DNA of 64,000 bases from Ptychomitrium polyphyllum (lineage: Eukaryota): the NCBI GenBank assembly GCA_973851085.1, contig OZ316775.1, forward strand, positions 310,001 through 374,000, written 5' to 3'. The notes under the pieces were generated by a model that was given only the letters and a program-made list of their open reading frames with translations, made no database searches and had not been told where the DNA came from. Below are positions 37,676-50,811 of the stretch, in pieces. Both the position numbers and the translations under genes were made by a program. Positions within the stretch are counted from its first letter, which is position 1. Each line of letters opens with the position of its first letter.

Positions 37676-40320
37676 TGTTATGGACATACATATAAGCAAC
37701 ATCTAGAAAGGTTCTTAGAAAATTTAGGAAGCTTCCAAGTAAGCTTCCTTGGGTTTAGAAAGCTTCCAAGGAAATTATATTTAGATTATGAACCTTCCAA
37801 ATAAGTCACCTTCGCCTGGGAAGCTTCTGAGGAAGCAACTCGAGGTTGCTCAAGTACAAAGCAATGTAGGTTATGTTTCTCAAGAAATTTCTAAGGCTTA
37901 TAGTTCTAGTATATATAAGAGTTGAGGTTGAAGAGCTCTTCAGTCTCAACAATGCATTTGTTGTAGTCTAATTTAGACCTTCTGGCATTATCTTTTGTAC
38001 CTTGTTGTAGTTTTTTACCTTTAATATACTTGGATTTATCTTGTTCCACATCCTGGAATATTGAAAGCCTTGTTTTGAGGTTACTTTGTCCGTAACAGTT
38101 TGTCAAGACTATCATACAATAATATCAGAGCTTGGTCTTTTTTGATAGAAAGCACATCACCCCTCTTTCTTGAAAGCACTATAGCACTCTAGGGGTTGCG
38201 GATTACCCTCTTTTGGATTGACATTTTTTCTTGAATTATCTTCAGTTTCTTGTATACTTAACGGGTTTTATCTATTTCCACTTCATTTTTATACTAGAGG
38301 GTGAAGAAGTCAATATGATTGATTCAAAAAAAACAAGTTTGATTCCATTATCAATTTCCTTGAAGCATAGAGGATCAAAACCAAGACTTTATCTTTGTCA
38401 AAACAAAAAACTGTATTTGACCAAATACAATGGTCAAGGAGCAAAAACACTGCAACTGCTATTCCAACTTAACTTAAGTGCTTCATCATCTAAATTTGAT
38501 TTGGTAGAAGGCGGATAAGTTCAAGCCTAAGATACAATGTCAACAACAACAAAACTAAGAATCAGCCTTCCGGAGAAGTTTCATAGTACGTGTTCAAAAT
38601 TTTGAGGCTTTGTAACCAAAGTTCAACTTGTTACCTACCTTCAACCTTGGCGGTATCTTACGGATGCTTCGCATGTTGATTTGGTAGGAACGTTGCTCTT
38701 AGAACAAGCATTGTCCTACTTTGCACTACTTTTTGAGAAGAATTTTTCCATATTTAGCAACTTTGATGCATTCCTATCCACATTTGCAAAAGCATTTGGT
38801 GACCATGGCAAGCTTTGTTTTGTAACTACTAAGATTTGTGGCTTGCGCCAAGGGCCACGTTCTATATCAATTTATGCATTGGAATTTTGACAACTTGCAT
38901 GCAACATCATTTAGAGAGAAGAAGCACCGATGAGTCAATTTTAATCGGGCATACGCGTCAAGATTAAGAAATTATTGCTATCCATGCTAGACCTCCAAAT
39001 ACTTGATGAGGCCATCAGCCAAGCTTTGAAATGCAATAATCGTCTATTTCAACATTGACAAGATAAACAAACTTTCATTATGCCTCGGCCTTATACCAAT
39101 TTTTCAGTAGCTGCAGCCTTGTCTACTTCTAATGAGTATTTGGGAATGAAAGCCATATAGATTGATGCGGTTCACTTCAAGCCCCTTACCAAATATGAGA
39201 AGAAGCAATGAAGGGAGAAAGGGTTGTATTTGTATAGTGGAAAATCTAGCCATATGGTTGATAACTGCCTAGACATACCTATACGTACATATTGGCTAAG
39301 ATGTACAACCATAATACCAAATGCTTTGCAGAAAAATAAAAACATCCAACCATAGTAGGGACCGTGCAGCTGGATCCGGTTTTTTGCAATAAACCAAAGG
39401 TCCTATTCTATCAATCCATCCTTCCTTTTATTTTACTATATCTGTTTTCTTAGATGTTCTGAAGCTCAAAAACCTTGCTATAATAGATTCAAAAGCCTCT
39501 GCTTGCTTTATTGATGAAGAATTTATGAAAACTCATAAGTTGTTTTTTGGTAGAAAATCCAAACCCGTCCATACAAAAGACATAAATGGTCAACCGTTAT
39601 CTTTCGGAGATATTATTCATGAGATCAATCCATTAACAGTAACACTGAACAACCATAATAGTCAAGTGGTATTTAATATCATTATATCTCCGTCAAGTTC
39701 CATCATTCTAGGGCTTTCTTGGCTTGAAAATTATAATCCGCAGAAAGATTGGGCATTTCGCAAAATAGAATTTCCATCATTAGAACCTGTAACTACTAAG
39801 CCTACAGAGGAAGCTGAAGCATCTTATGGATCTAAGACCATAAAGCTTCTCTTTATTTGAACTAGAGCATTTATGAGAGCAGCAAAGACTGGTGCTTCTT
39901 TTGTTGTGTATGCAATTCCAACGTCCAAAGTTGTGTCTTCATTCTCAATCATTCCATGAAAGTATAAGGAATTCAACGATGTATTTGAAAAGAAGGATGC
40001 ACACACCTACCAGAACATTGTCTTTACAACTGTGCCATAGACCTCTAAGATGGCACGGAGCTACTATTTAGACCTATTTATAATTTATTCCAAAACGAGC
40101 TTTCATCACAAAAGGAGTATATTGATGAAAACTTAGCCAAGAACTTCATACGACATTCAAAGCCCCCTGCTGGTGCTTCGTTACTTTTTGTAAAAAAAAA
40201 AGATGGATCCTTACAAATGTGTGTCGATTACCATAGTCCTAACAAAATGACGGTGAAGAACCAATATCCATTGCCAGTGATATTTGGGCTTTTTAATCAA
40301 CATTGCCATGCATTTATTTA
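37676..40320 (+). mobile_element. Element D, 5' part: family-2 chromovirus (LTR, gag, protease, start of RT) inserted in the RT of A
   Basis: LTR 37676-38097 (TG...CA); gag remnant (ISLPEKF, LRQGPRS) ending at TAG ~39357; protease IDSKASACFID; RT breaks off at ~40305. Confidence 0.88.
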
Positions 40321-40947
40321 AGATTCTTGTGGTAAATAAATGCATGGCACCCTCAAGCATTTGGTGCCCTCTTTAGAAGGAATCTACAATTATAATAAGT
40401 TTCTTGTTGTAGATCTCATCATTATTTTATATAGCTAAAACTTTTTTGGGATGGAATGAAATCATGTGGAATCTTCTATCTTGTCTTGGTTGTAACAAAA
40501 ATGCTCTTGATACAAAGTTGGAAGCATTCATTTTTATATAAAATGGCTTTGAAAAGTTTGAATGGAGTAGAATAAAAGCTATCATAAAAGTTTTTTTTTA
40601 AAATTTGAAATGCATCTTTTGTATAAAGTCTCCATGCAAGTTTTATTTTGCATGGTAGTTGTAAAAATAACACAGCTATTTGGAAATAGTTTTTAATGAA
40701 GATTCTATAGAAGTTTGTAAATCTAAGAAAGTATTGAATATAACATATTAATTTTGCCCTTCTCCTATTGTTCATTGCTTTGAATTTCTTTAGATCCATT
40801 AATATTCCTTTTTTGGAAATGATATAGCCAAGAACTTCCAATTAAGGCTTGTAAAAATCACATTTATCTAACTTAGTATATAATCTAATATCTTGTAGCT
40901 TTTGTAGGATTATGAAAACATGTTGTTCATATTCATCTGGATTCATT
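40321..40947 (-). mobile_element. Inverted continuation of element A RT/RNase H
   Basis: Minus strand encodes MNPDEYEQHVFIILQKL...LDKCDF, EVLGYIIS, FTNFYRIFIKNY and HKNL. This is the sequence expected directly after the YLDD region cut at 37675. Confidence 0.85.
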
Positions 40948-41362
40948 TGATACGGATAAAATAACCTCAAAATAAGGCTTTGAAGATTTGAGGATGTGCA
41001 ACAAGATAAGTCCAAGTATTTTAGAGATAAAGAGCTACAACAAGGTACAAAAAACAAAACTAGAAGGTCTGAACTAGACCACAATAGATGCGTTGTCAAG
41101 ACTAAAGAGCTCTTTAGCCTCGACTCCTATATATACTAGAACTACAAGCCTTGGAAGCTTCTTCAGAAGCTTGACCTACATTGCTTTGTACTCAAGCAAC
41201 CTTAAGTTGCTTCATTGGAAGCTTCCTAGACCAAAATAACTTATTTGGAAGGTTCCTAAGTCTAAGGTAACTTTCTTGGAAGCTTCCCAAGACAACTTCT
41301 TTGGAAGCTTCCTAAATCTTCTAAAACCTTTCTAGATGCTTCTTATATGTATGTCCATGACA
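40948..41362 (-). mobile_element. Inverted 3' LTR of element D
   Basis: The reverse complement aligns end to end with 37676-38097. It is preceded by PPT-like AAAGGAGGCAAACT and followed by AATGA, matching the AACGA before the 5' LTR. Confidence 0.88.
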
Positions 41363-41421
41363 AGTTTGCCTCCTTTGATGCAATATAAAGATCAACAAGC
41401 CATTCAATAAACTAGAGTATT

Positions 41422-41590
41422 TATTACAAACATACATATTAGAAGGTTTGAGAAAGGTTCTTAGAAGTTTTTAGAAGGCTTAAGTTTTTAGAAGGCTTAT
41501 GAAGCATCTGAAGAAGTTTCTTTGGCTGAAGAAGCTTTCAAGGAAGTTATCTTGATTAAAGAAACTTCCAAGGAAGCATCCTAAGTAAAT
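41422..41590 (+). mobile_element. Truncated family-2 LTR (possibly the 3' LTR of A)
   Basis: TATTACAAACATACATATTAGAAGG...GAAGCTTTCAAGGAAGTTAT aligns with the first part of the LTRs at 12918 and 37676. Confidence 0.65.
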
Positions 41591-44158
41591 AACAACTTGT
41601 ATGATTTAGAGTAGTAACTTCCAAAAACATGATTATGCCTTTTTATATGATTTTAGTCATTTGAACGTATATAGTTTTGCTTGTGTATAGTTTTGCTCAT
41701 TTAAGTTGATTCACTCATTTTGTCAAATAAAGATTTACTAAAATAGATTATAGATCAGTTTACAACTTGTAATTTTTCTCTTTTATTTTGATAATTATCA
41801 ACTTTGTGAGAGATTTTTGCCAAAAGTTGGAACTTTAATGACTTGTAAATCTTATGTCTTAGAATTGAATTAGTATTTCTTCAAAAATCACAATTCCATG
41901 TACATTTGCTTAACGTCCTTTATATTCATAAATTCGTATTTGTACATCATTGAAATGGCATCCACAATTTTTTCAATCTAAAAATGTCTGAAAAAATAAT
42001 TAATATCAAACCTTAATTAAAATTTTACAATGTTTTCCATACCCATAAAATCCCCCAAAACTTTGCCCTGTCCATTTCTTTAAGGAAATGTAATCACACA
42101 TGATTTTGAAATAAAATATACAAAGCAGAAGATCTCCATTCAGTATTTTAATGAAATCAATAAATTTGAAATATTGTATAGTACCATACTTACCATAGAA
42201 ATAAATTAAAACACACTGTAATTTCTCCTTGATTATTTTTTCTTGAATTTAGTGTGAATTAAATGTTGGACTCACATTGTGAAAAATAATTCCAGCATGC
42301 TTGGTAAATGATACCAATATTCATACTTTATTTCAACTTCAATTTCTATCCTTATCATTAGTGTGACATAATTAAATAAATTTACACATATGGTCAAGTC
42401 AGAAGTAGAATATTGTGTAATTTATTCCGTTAAGAAAATGCAGGCCTTTTAACAAGCATATGCATTTTAATGTATTTTGGTTTAAGGGGGCTATTCTATA
42501 CATCTAGTAGGTCGGAAGCAGAAAGTGAATTTGTAATTCATACCCATTTGGTTTTAATGAGTTTGTAAAGTATCAGTTTGGAATTTTCTACCTACAGTAA
42601 ATGTCAAAAAATGGCACTTATCCGTTTTTCTTAAAAGACCTTTAAGGTTTAAAAGAAAAGTTGCATCAATTATCATTACAATAGTTTTTCATAACCCGGA
42701 ATTTTTATACGTAAGTAAATTAATTTTTGGTTGAAACATTGTATTCATGAAAGCATCATATTTATATGTAACATTCTTTTTTTGTTTTTAAAGAAAGAAT
42801 CAATTGTACAAATCATTCCTATGAAGAATGTTTTTTAGATTGGCCTTATTGATATTTGTGTAAACATCATCATGACATTTTCATATGTCATGTGACACTT
42901 TTACAAATATTATATTCTTGAGTAATGAAGTTTTTAAAAGAATGTTAATATACATGTGTAAGTCCTACTAGACATTATGGTATTAACATACATTGTGAGT
43001 TGATAACTTGTAGTTGCATATGTTGAACAATAATTAATATATAATTGAATGAGTACCATATGGCCTAATAAGACAAGTATTTATATGTTAAATAGGTCTT
43101 ATTGGCTAAAATAGTTGTTAATATATTTGGACTAGAAAATGTATCTTTCAAGATGAGGCTCATATTTATGTAATTAATTTTTTTGAATTCATGGTTGGCA
43201 ATGAAATCATACGTATTTTGCATCATTAAATTTCTATTATATGATAATATATTCTTCATGTTTTTTTACAAACTTTAAGACTTTTATTGATGTATTATTA
43301 CAAATAAAATTAATTTACTTACGTATAAAGAAATTTAGGTTTAAAGCATTTTTGAATTAGAATTTGAACCTTAGCTCTTTTGAATATTCTCAAGATTTAA
43401 AGTAAGATAAATGGTCTCAAGATTTAAAGTAAGATAAATAGTCAAATACTTATTTGGTATAGAAGCTTGTTAAAATAATGAAGGTCAAAATCATTTTTCC
43501 TTCATACTTAAAGTATTTAAGTTTTGGAATGAGTATCTATAATTTGCAACTTTGGACATGCCTATGGATGCTTAATATAGTGGTGTATTTTGGTTTAATA
43601 GTGAAAAATGAATATATGAAAGTATATGGAACGTTGGTGTTTTGTTTATTTCCATTTTTATAGCAAATTTAAAGCATTTTCACATTATTTTGTTGATAGA
43701 AATTCTTAAAATACAACATAGTATCATATTCTCCTAACAATTCCAACATGTTGAATTTGAAAAAAAATTGGCCATAAACCTATTCAATAAATTATGAATT
43801 CAATATTTTATTAATTTTTCATAAAATTTGATTAAATTTTCATTTTGAACGTTAAAACAAAAACAACCAAGCAAAATGTAAAACTTCAGATAATTCTACT
43901 ACTCTATGTTTTTGAATTTGTTTAATACGAGATGGACTTTGGAGCGTAGCAAGTGACTTGTTGTAGTTGTCAATGTCTAATTGAATGCAAAGAGGATCAT
44001 ATATTAGATTTGTGACCAAATACCATTACAATTATACATCACAATAAAACATCATCACAATTAAATATCATCAGTAAATATCATCAATTCCTGTCATCAG
44101 TAAAATCCCTGAGTTTCAACTTTCCTTTTAAAAAACGAAAACTAGATACAAAAATTAC

Positions 44159-44756
44159 ATTAAAGTGATTGAAGAATAAAAAACAAAAAATGAAACTTAG
44201 GTTGACCAGGAGAACCTGGTTGTTCAAGCATGGCACTCAACAAAGCTTGTCATCTCCCAACCATCATTCCATTCCTATTAAAGTTCTGATGAGAACAAAG
44301 ACTCGTTTCTTGGGCCTCCGGTGAAACTTTTCGTTCTGTCGGCGGGGCGTAATTGAATACATTATCAAAGCGCAAGTTAGGTACAGACTCAGCAGTCGAG
44401 AGGCCAGAAAATTCTAGGTCGTAAGCAAGCTCTCGTCCAGCTTAAAAATGATGGCTCAACGGCTATTCCAACACTGAAATTAAACCTTTCTTCGCATATT
44501 CGGGACTCTTTAGGGGCCACCGCCGGCCAGCATCACACTCGGATACTATAAGAGCACCAGAGATGCACCAATTACCGTTTTAGAAACTCAGCCTACTTGG
44601 ATCTAGCCAGGCTGATGTGAACGAACCGCAACATCCACTTGACACAGTCGTTATAACACCAAATGTTCAAAAACGGAGTAAATACCTTCAAACTTCAAAA
44701 GCTTATCAAGGACGTGTATTTACATTTGAAATTTGTATCTCCGGCTCAGAGAGCTA
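44159..44756. repeat. 598-bp direct repeat, copy 2 (3' flank or UTR of the hydrolase gene)
   Basis: Matches 3759-4356 with no mismatch seen. Confidence 0.95.
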
Positions 44757-45077
44757 CAAAAAATCACGCTCTCGATGCAGAGCAGCGTACGTATTCATCT
44801 ATATAGTAAACTATGTACAAGATGATTTCTATGTTCACTCCACCTCCTGGCTAGAGATCTTTAATAATGCCGATCAATCACTTTCAGTCAAATGCAAATC
44901 AATGTATAGTAGTCAGAAACCACAGTAATAGGTTTCTCAAATTCTCAATCATCATGCTTTGTATGAAAGGGTTGAGATCTCGAACCGGTTAACATATCAT
45001 GCTACCGTCTGATCTCGCATAACTAGTGTATGATGCACAAGCTGCTATATTAAAAGAAATAGTTTCAGGTCTCTCCT

Positions 45078-48000
45078 TCATAAATCGTACTTCGCCAGGA
45101 ACGGAAGAATTTCATCGGCTGCAAGCTCTGGTCGGTCATCATGTGGGCAGTGGCCTACATCGGGCAGTATCGACACAAAGACGTTATCGCGTTCTGCTGC
45201 AATTCTCCTGAAGTATTTTGATATCTGTCAAAGATATTGTCAGAGCACAAAACTTAAACAAAGTCGCTTCTTCAGAATCATCTAAACATGGCTCTTGAAT
45301 CACTACGTTTCTATGAAAACAGAACCCAACCAACAACCTTTTAGTTCTGTTAATTAAACAGAGCAAAATCAACGAATTCTAACTATGATATACCAGGAAT
45401 GTACTTACTGGTCCATTTGCCGGAGTCCAAGGATCTTTTTCACCCCACAGTAAGAGTAGAGGTACGTTGATCTGGGGTACCAACTCCTCCGGTCGTGGAC
45501 CTTTGTGTAAAACCCAATCAATGGTTTTAGCAAACACTTCGACTTAAGCCCACTAAGACTACCACTGTTAAAGATGTTGAGACTCGAACGTAACTACGTA
45601 GTGAGGTCCACTACGAAACTGTACCAGTTTCGTTTACTAGACTTGGAGAGAGCAGTTTAAAGCCATAGTCAATTAGTAAAGAGTTACCCAAGCTACATAC
45701 CAGGCTTTCCAGTAAAAACTTTCACAAAAACATCCAAGGCTCCTTCGTCAGTTGAAGGATGATGCAGAATATCGACCTGTCGAAATTCGGGTTGACTTAG
45801 TACCGTCGTCATTATAGAATTCAAGCACCAAAAGGAAGATCGACAGTGAAGGACAAAACGTATTGCAGCCAGAACGATTGGTGTAGTTACAAAGACTGCA
45901 TAATTTACGGCACTTCCGTGTCTGTTTTGACAGCTTGCTCAAATGTGAAGGTCTAAAAGTGCAGATCATTGTACCAGCTGGTCGGTAACAGCTTCTTTAT
46001 CACGATAGGCTTGTTGCTGCAGGATCTGCTTAACGTTCTCCTTGCTGCGAAACCTGACGAAGCATTCACACGATAAGCAACCTGTACTAACTAATCCCTG
46101 TCAAGAAAAAATATCAATTTCTTGTACAAACGACGTGTAGGGCACGTCAAGTTTCAATGCTCAAGGAAAAGGTAATTACTTATTGAACAAAAAGTTGGCG
46201 ATTTTAGGTTGTTGCAGCAGGTATTCCACTACAATGAAAACGGGAGCAACAAGCCGAAGGGCCAAACCATCCTGTGCAAGACCCTTCCTATTCATTGCGC
46301 CAGCACAATTCAAAAGAACGACACCCCTGCCATAGTAAACACAAGTGTAAGAAATTCCGTATTGAAACAAGATTGCAATTGCAATTTCAAATAATAAAGA
46401 AGTCCCTATTCGCATATCACTATCTTGCAGTAGCAATGGGGCCTTGTATTTAATATATAAAACACACTTCTCAAACCAATAGATTGATGTCCAGTGACGT
46501 ACTTGAACAAATCACTGCTAGCCTTAGCAGCAGCTGCTAGCACACACAGCGAACCTATCGAATTTCCGAAAAGCACCGACCCTTCCGGAGCAAACTCCTG
46601 TGCAAAATCTGAAAAAGATGAAGAATGAGAATCACCTGCATCAATACTTATCGATTCGCTAATTATAAAAGTAATGCACATTAAAGTGAAGTGTAGGAGA
46701 AACAACAACCTTGCACTTAACCACAGAAGAGACAGATAACAAACTTGTTTTTCTTTAGCTAGTCCAAATTAAAAAAGGTACAATTTCGCACCACAAACAA
46801 GGTCTGCCCACAGCTCAGGCCCATATTCAGTATTTGAAGGCTTATCTGATGCGCCAAAACCCAATAAATCGATTGCATAGACTCGATGATTCTCCGCAAG
46901 AAAGGGAATCAGTCGAGCAAAATGCCCAACATTTCCTCCTGAAAGGCCAAATTAATCAGAATATTAGCTACAGCTAGAAATTTATCCTTTTTTCATTTAC
47001 TTAAATACTCCCAAAACGAAACAATCACGCTGTATAGTTGCAAAAGCCTATATAAATCCACACAACTCTATATTACTAATAAGCGGCATTATTTCAAGCT
47101 TCAATGTACAGCAAAGTCCAAAACGAACATACCGAATCCATGAACCAAAATAAGCGGTTTGCCAGAACCAGATACTGAATAATTGATCCCATGTCCTCTG
47201 CAAGCCTCCCCCATAAGTGAGCGTCAGCCAAATTTGCAACACCACAGATTGCTATACCGTTTGTCAAGTACAAACTCCCATAAAATTCGTATACAGGTAA
47301 ACCGTAGATTTTAAATCAGGTCCACACCCCTCCAACATAAAAGTTTGAGGTCAAAACTCAAAACGCTGTTCAACATTTTCAGAGGCAAAATTAAGTTATA
47401 CAAAGAATTTACCGCCATGACCACGAGTTTGACTTGAAAGGTAGGATCAATAGAGTGTCGTCCAGCGCCTGTACACTCTGAACCAAGGCAGGCAGTGGCA
47501 CTCTGTTCTCAACTTCAATTTCCACAGCCACTGAACCTCCTCTCACACCTCCTTCTTTCAATGGACCAATCCATGCATTTCCAACCCCATCCAGCTCCTC
47601 TATTTGTGATTTCAGCCTTCGAAAATCATTTTCATTGTGAACTCCGCAAACACTACACTCAGAAACATGCAGTTATGAGAAAGTGCATGCAGTACTTGTG
47701 TACCAATTGCTACCTCTTCCTATTCTGTATAAACACAAAGCAGATAAAAGTACTGCGAAAACGAAACTCTGACTTGGTGTAAACTGAGAAAATTTAAATA
47801 CGTGCATATTATAATTGCGAAGCCTTGCAAATGAGCAGCTACGAATTCATACGTGATGGTGACAGTTCGAGTCCCAGTTGAGAAACCAATTTCCTGCGGA
47901 GATGCCACAATTTTCTGCAGAGCGGAGGCAAGTTGTGCTTCTTTGGACTCGTCTGCAGTTCCTGAACCTGTTGCTAAGCCTGCCCTTCCCAACCAGATCA

Positions 48001-48725
48001 TATCAGCAATGCCCTTCCCAAACCATACTCCTGATTTCTAACTCAAAACGAAAAAAATTAAAAATTGTTTTTTCTAATTGAGCCGGGATACTTTGAAATT
48101 CTACACAGGTCTTTGATGGATCCAACACAAAGCAAAACTCAAAGGTATCTCGGTAAAGAACATACCTGCGTGAACAACCGAGCTTCGACTTCTTCCCCTT
48201 GAATCCCTGGTGACAGGGCTCGTGAGTGAGTAAGCTCGTGACTTGAGCAAACATACTCCGGCGTTCCTGGCAAATTGCCTTGTGACGAATTGGACTCTTC
48301 TCCATGGAACACCACCAAAACTCACGTAATGTCTTCCAAGATAATCCTGCTGCTGCTGCTGCTGCTGCAGATCCAATAAAAGATTTCACACAAATCAGCA
48401 AAAAGCATTCCACCAGCAAATACTATACTTTACAAACTAAACATCACAGATTTCTAACCACTATTCTACTCCCAGTAACTTCTATAAAATCCAAAATTCG
48501 GCAAATCCAAACGCTGTCGCTGCTGCAGACACCGTGAGGCAAACAGAGAACTCACTTTTGTCCCGACTTGCAACATGCTAAATAATTTCATCAACAAAAA
48601 TCCACAAGCAACCACTACACGCGATCACTTGATGAGGAACAGGGATCCACCTGTGCGTCGCTGCGAGCAACCAACCGCTCGGCAACGCTTGCTCCCGCGA
48701 AGAGAGTGCGCTGCGCTATCTCCAT
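45078..48725 (-). CDS. Alpha/beta-fold hydrolase, chlorophyll dephytylase (CLD1)/pheophytinase-like, 12 exons, ~516 aa, probably plastid-targeted
   Basis: Exons 48725-48651, 48364-48166, 48030-47853, 47652-47413, 47197-47133, 46938-46792, 46608-46503, 46326-46180, 46053-45975, 45776-45701, 45500-45409 and 45224-45078. All introns are GT-AG with consistent phases (1551 nt). Motifs LVHGFGG, AIDLLGFGASDKP, GNSIG (Ser), LLNCAG, WGEKDPWTP (Asp) and GHCPHDDRP (His). Confidence 0.92.
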
Positions 48726-50595
48726 AGCTGCTTCACTAACAGCGATCGCTCTTCCTCGCCAAGCCCTCCTGAGCCCACGAATCAGTCGCTTGCTAAACTC
48801 TTCGCTCGGCCTCCACAACACCACCACCAGATTCTAACGATGCCTTACGAAACAATTACAGAAGTGCAGTTACAGAGAAGCGAATTTGCAAGATGTAGCG
48901 CAAACCCAGAATATGAAGTGAAAAGGAAGCGATGATGGCCCCACCCGGTTCGTAATTTCAACTTCCTTGCAAACCTACTTCATAGGGCATCCACGGCGGT
49001 CGAAGTTCCCCTACAGAATCTGTTTTAGCTTGTACAAGTGACGGGCCGATGAAAATTACAAGTCACCAAGACCAGGCTCCAATTTGAGAACTTCAAATTG
49101 AATTTCGCTCCAATGTGAGAAATGCGCGGAAAGCTTTTGGCATATGAAAGCGAGGTCGCGAGGAGGAAATTTCCAAGCCAACTAACTGATCAAGGCGTGG
49201 GGTCGTGAAAGGAGGGCACTGGTGGCACCATCGACGGCGTCGTCAGCTCTGGAGCTGGCCACGTCTTCCAAAGCTGGCCCTCTGGGCTGCGTCGGTTCAA
49301 CCTCCACAGAACCGCCCCCTCCCCATTGGACCCCACTTCTCCAACCGCACTGTCAACCTTGCCGCTATTGTGCTTGCAGGGCTTAGCTATCGGATGTCGC
49401 AAATCTTGAAAAGTATGTGTTTGGGATTGCCGTCACTTCAATTGATGCCAGGAGCCCGGTGGATTGCGGTGTTCCATGGCACTCCGGAAAGTCGCTCGCT
49501 CCTTCGCAAACCCGAGAGTTCATTATGTCGTACCCGCCCAGGTCATTGTGAGGTTTCGTGAAGTCAGTGAGTAATCCAATTGGGTGGGCATTCAACCGTG
49601 CCGACATGTTAAAACGGGAGCCCCTTCCGTTGGCAGCACGCTAAGTGACCAGCATCACAGAGGTGTGACCCATGGAGGACCCCACCTGGTAGACCCTGGT
49701 TCAGGACCCCGCGGCAAGGGTGCTCTCCAGTGCACTAAATTAGGGTCTTAGCAGCCAAACTTGCAAATAGCAATATATTCCATATAAAGAATGATGAACA
49801 TTTCAATATACGATTTTAGATTCCACGTGGAGAGCAGATCGGTCTGAAGTTTGTTGGATGACGGGCCGGTAACGTGAAGTCGTTTCGTTGTGTCATTGCG
49901 ATTGCATGCGAAGTCATTATGCAGTCACGGGCCTGTACAGGTGGAGGAGGAGGAACTGAAGCAGGCGTGTGGCGAGGTGGCGCACGGACAAGAGGGAGAG
50001 TCATGACACACCTCGACTGGGTCACCTCTTTCTCCTGCGCCTTTCATCATTACCAGTCTAGAACTCTCTTGCCGCTTGGTCCAGTCCTGGCGCAGATGCG
50101 GACATTGTAACCATGACGGAAAAGCGGTGGTGGCGATCTTCTCTGGAAAATCGATGGAGCTCCGTTTTGGCGTGCACGACAGTTTTCTGGTCATGCACGG
50201 GAAGTGTGGATATTAACAAGGTTGGTAGCGGCGCTGATCGAAACTTTCGTGACTACGTGTGCAATAGAAAGTCCCGCATCTTTCAAACCCGTCGACGGTC
50301 GCGATGAGAGATGTTAAGTAACTAAAACTTTACCTAGTGACTCTCTGGAATGCTGTGTCTGCTGTAGATCCCAGAGGCTACAAGACCCATTCGCCATTGC
50401 GGTCATTACTTTGCAGCCATTTCCTATGCCGGCGTGTGAAGAACTAGAAGATGTGGCATCCCAGATTGAGCGAGAAATTTCATGTCAGAATTCGACCAGT
50501 TGACTTACGAAACAACGAATTGGTAACGGATCTACGGTGAACGACCAGCAACAATAAATAGTATAAAAGTAAGGACATGGTAATTTATAATGTCC

Positions 50596-50811
50596 TCAGA
50601 GGATACCACATGTGAAAGAAATGTACGTGTGATAAGATAACTTAGCTTCTGTAGCCTGGCGAGCTGTGGCAGACTTCAGCTTACAAGCACCTGTGATTGT
50701 TTCTATCCACTCATCCCTCCCTGCACATTCATCTTGTGTTTCTAACGCAATAACATTGTCGTCAGATGCACTATCACCAGTAACAAAGCGTTGATGGACC
50801 AGCATGTCCAC
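50596..50811 (-). pseudogene. Possible orphan coding fragment resembling a PH-domain C-terminal helix
   Basis: VIALETQDECAGRDEWIETITGAC resembles the PH-domain terminal Trp helix. No complete gene model could be built. Confidence 0.25.

Noticed and set aside
43388..43439. 26-bp tandem duplication (similar small ones at ~3056/3089 and ~55644/55669)
   Set aside because: Ordinary slippage in AT-rich intergenic DNA.
49190..50307. GC-rich ORFs upstream of the hydrolase gene
   Set aside because: No frame gives a recognisable protein or consistent splice model; left unannotated.
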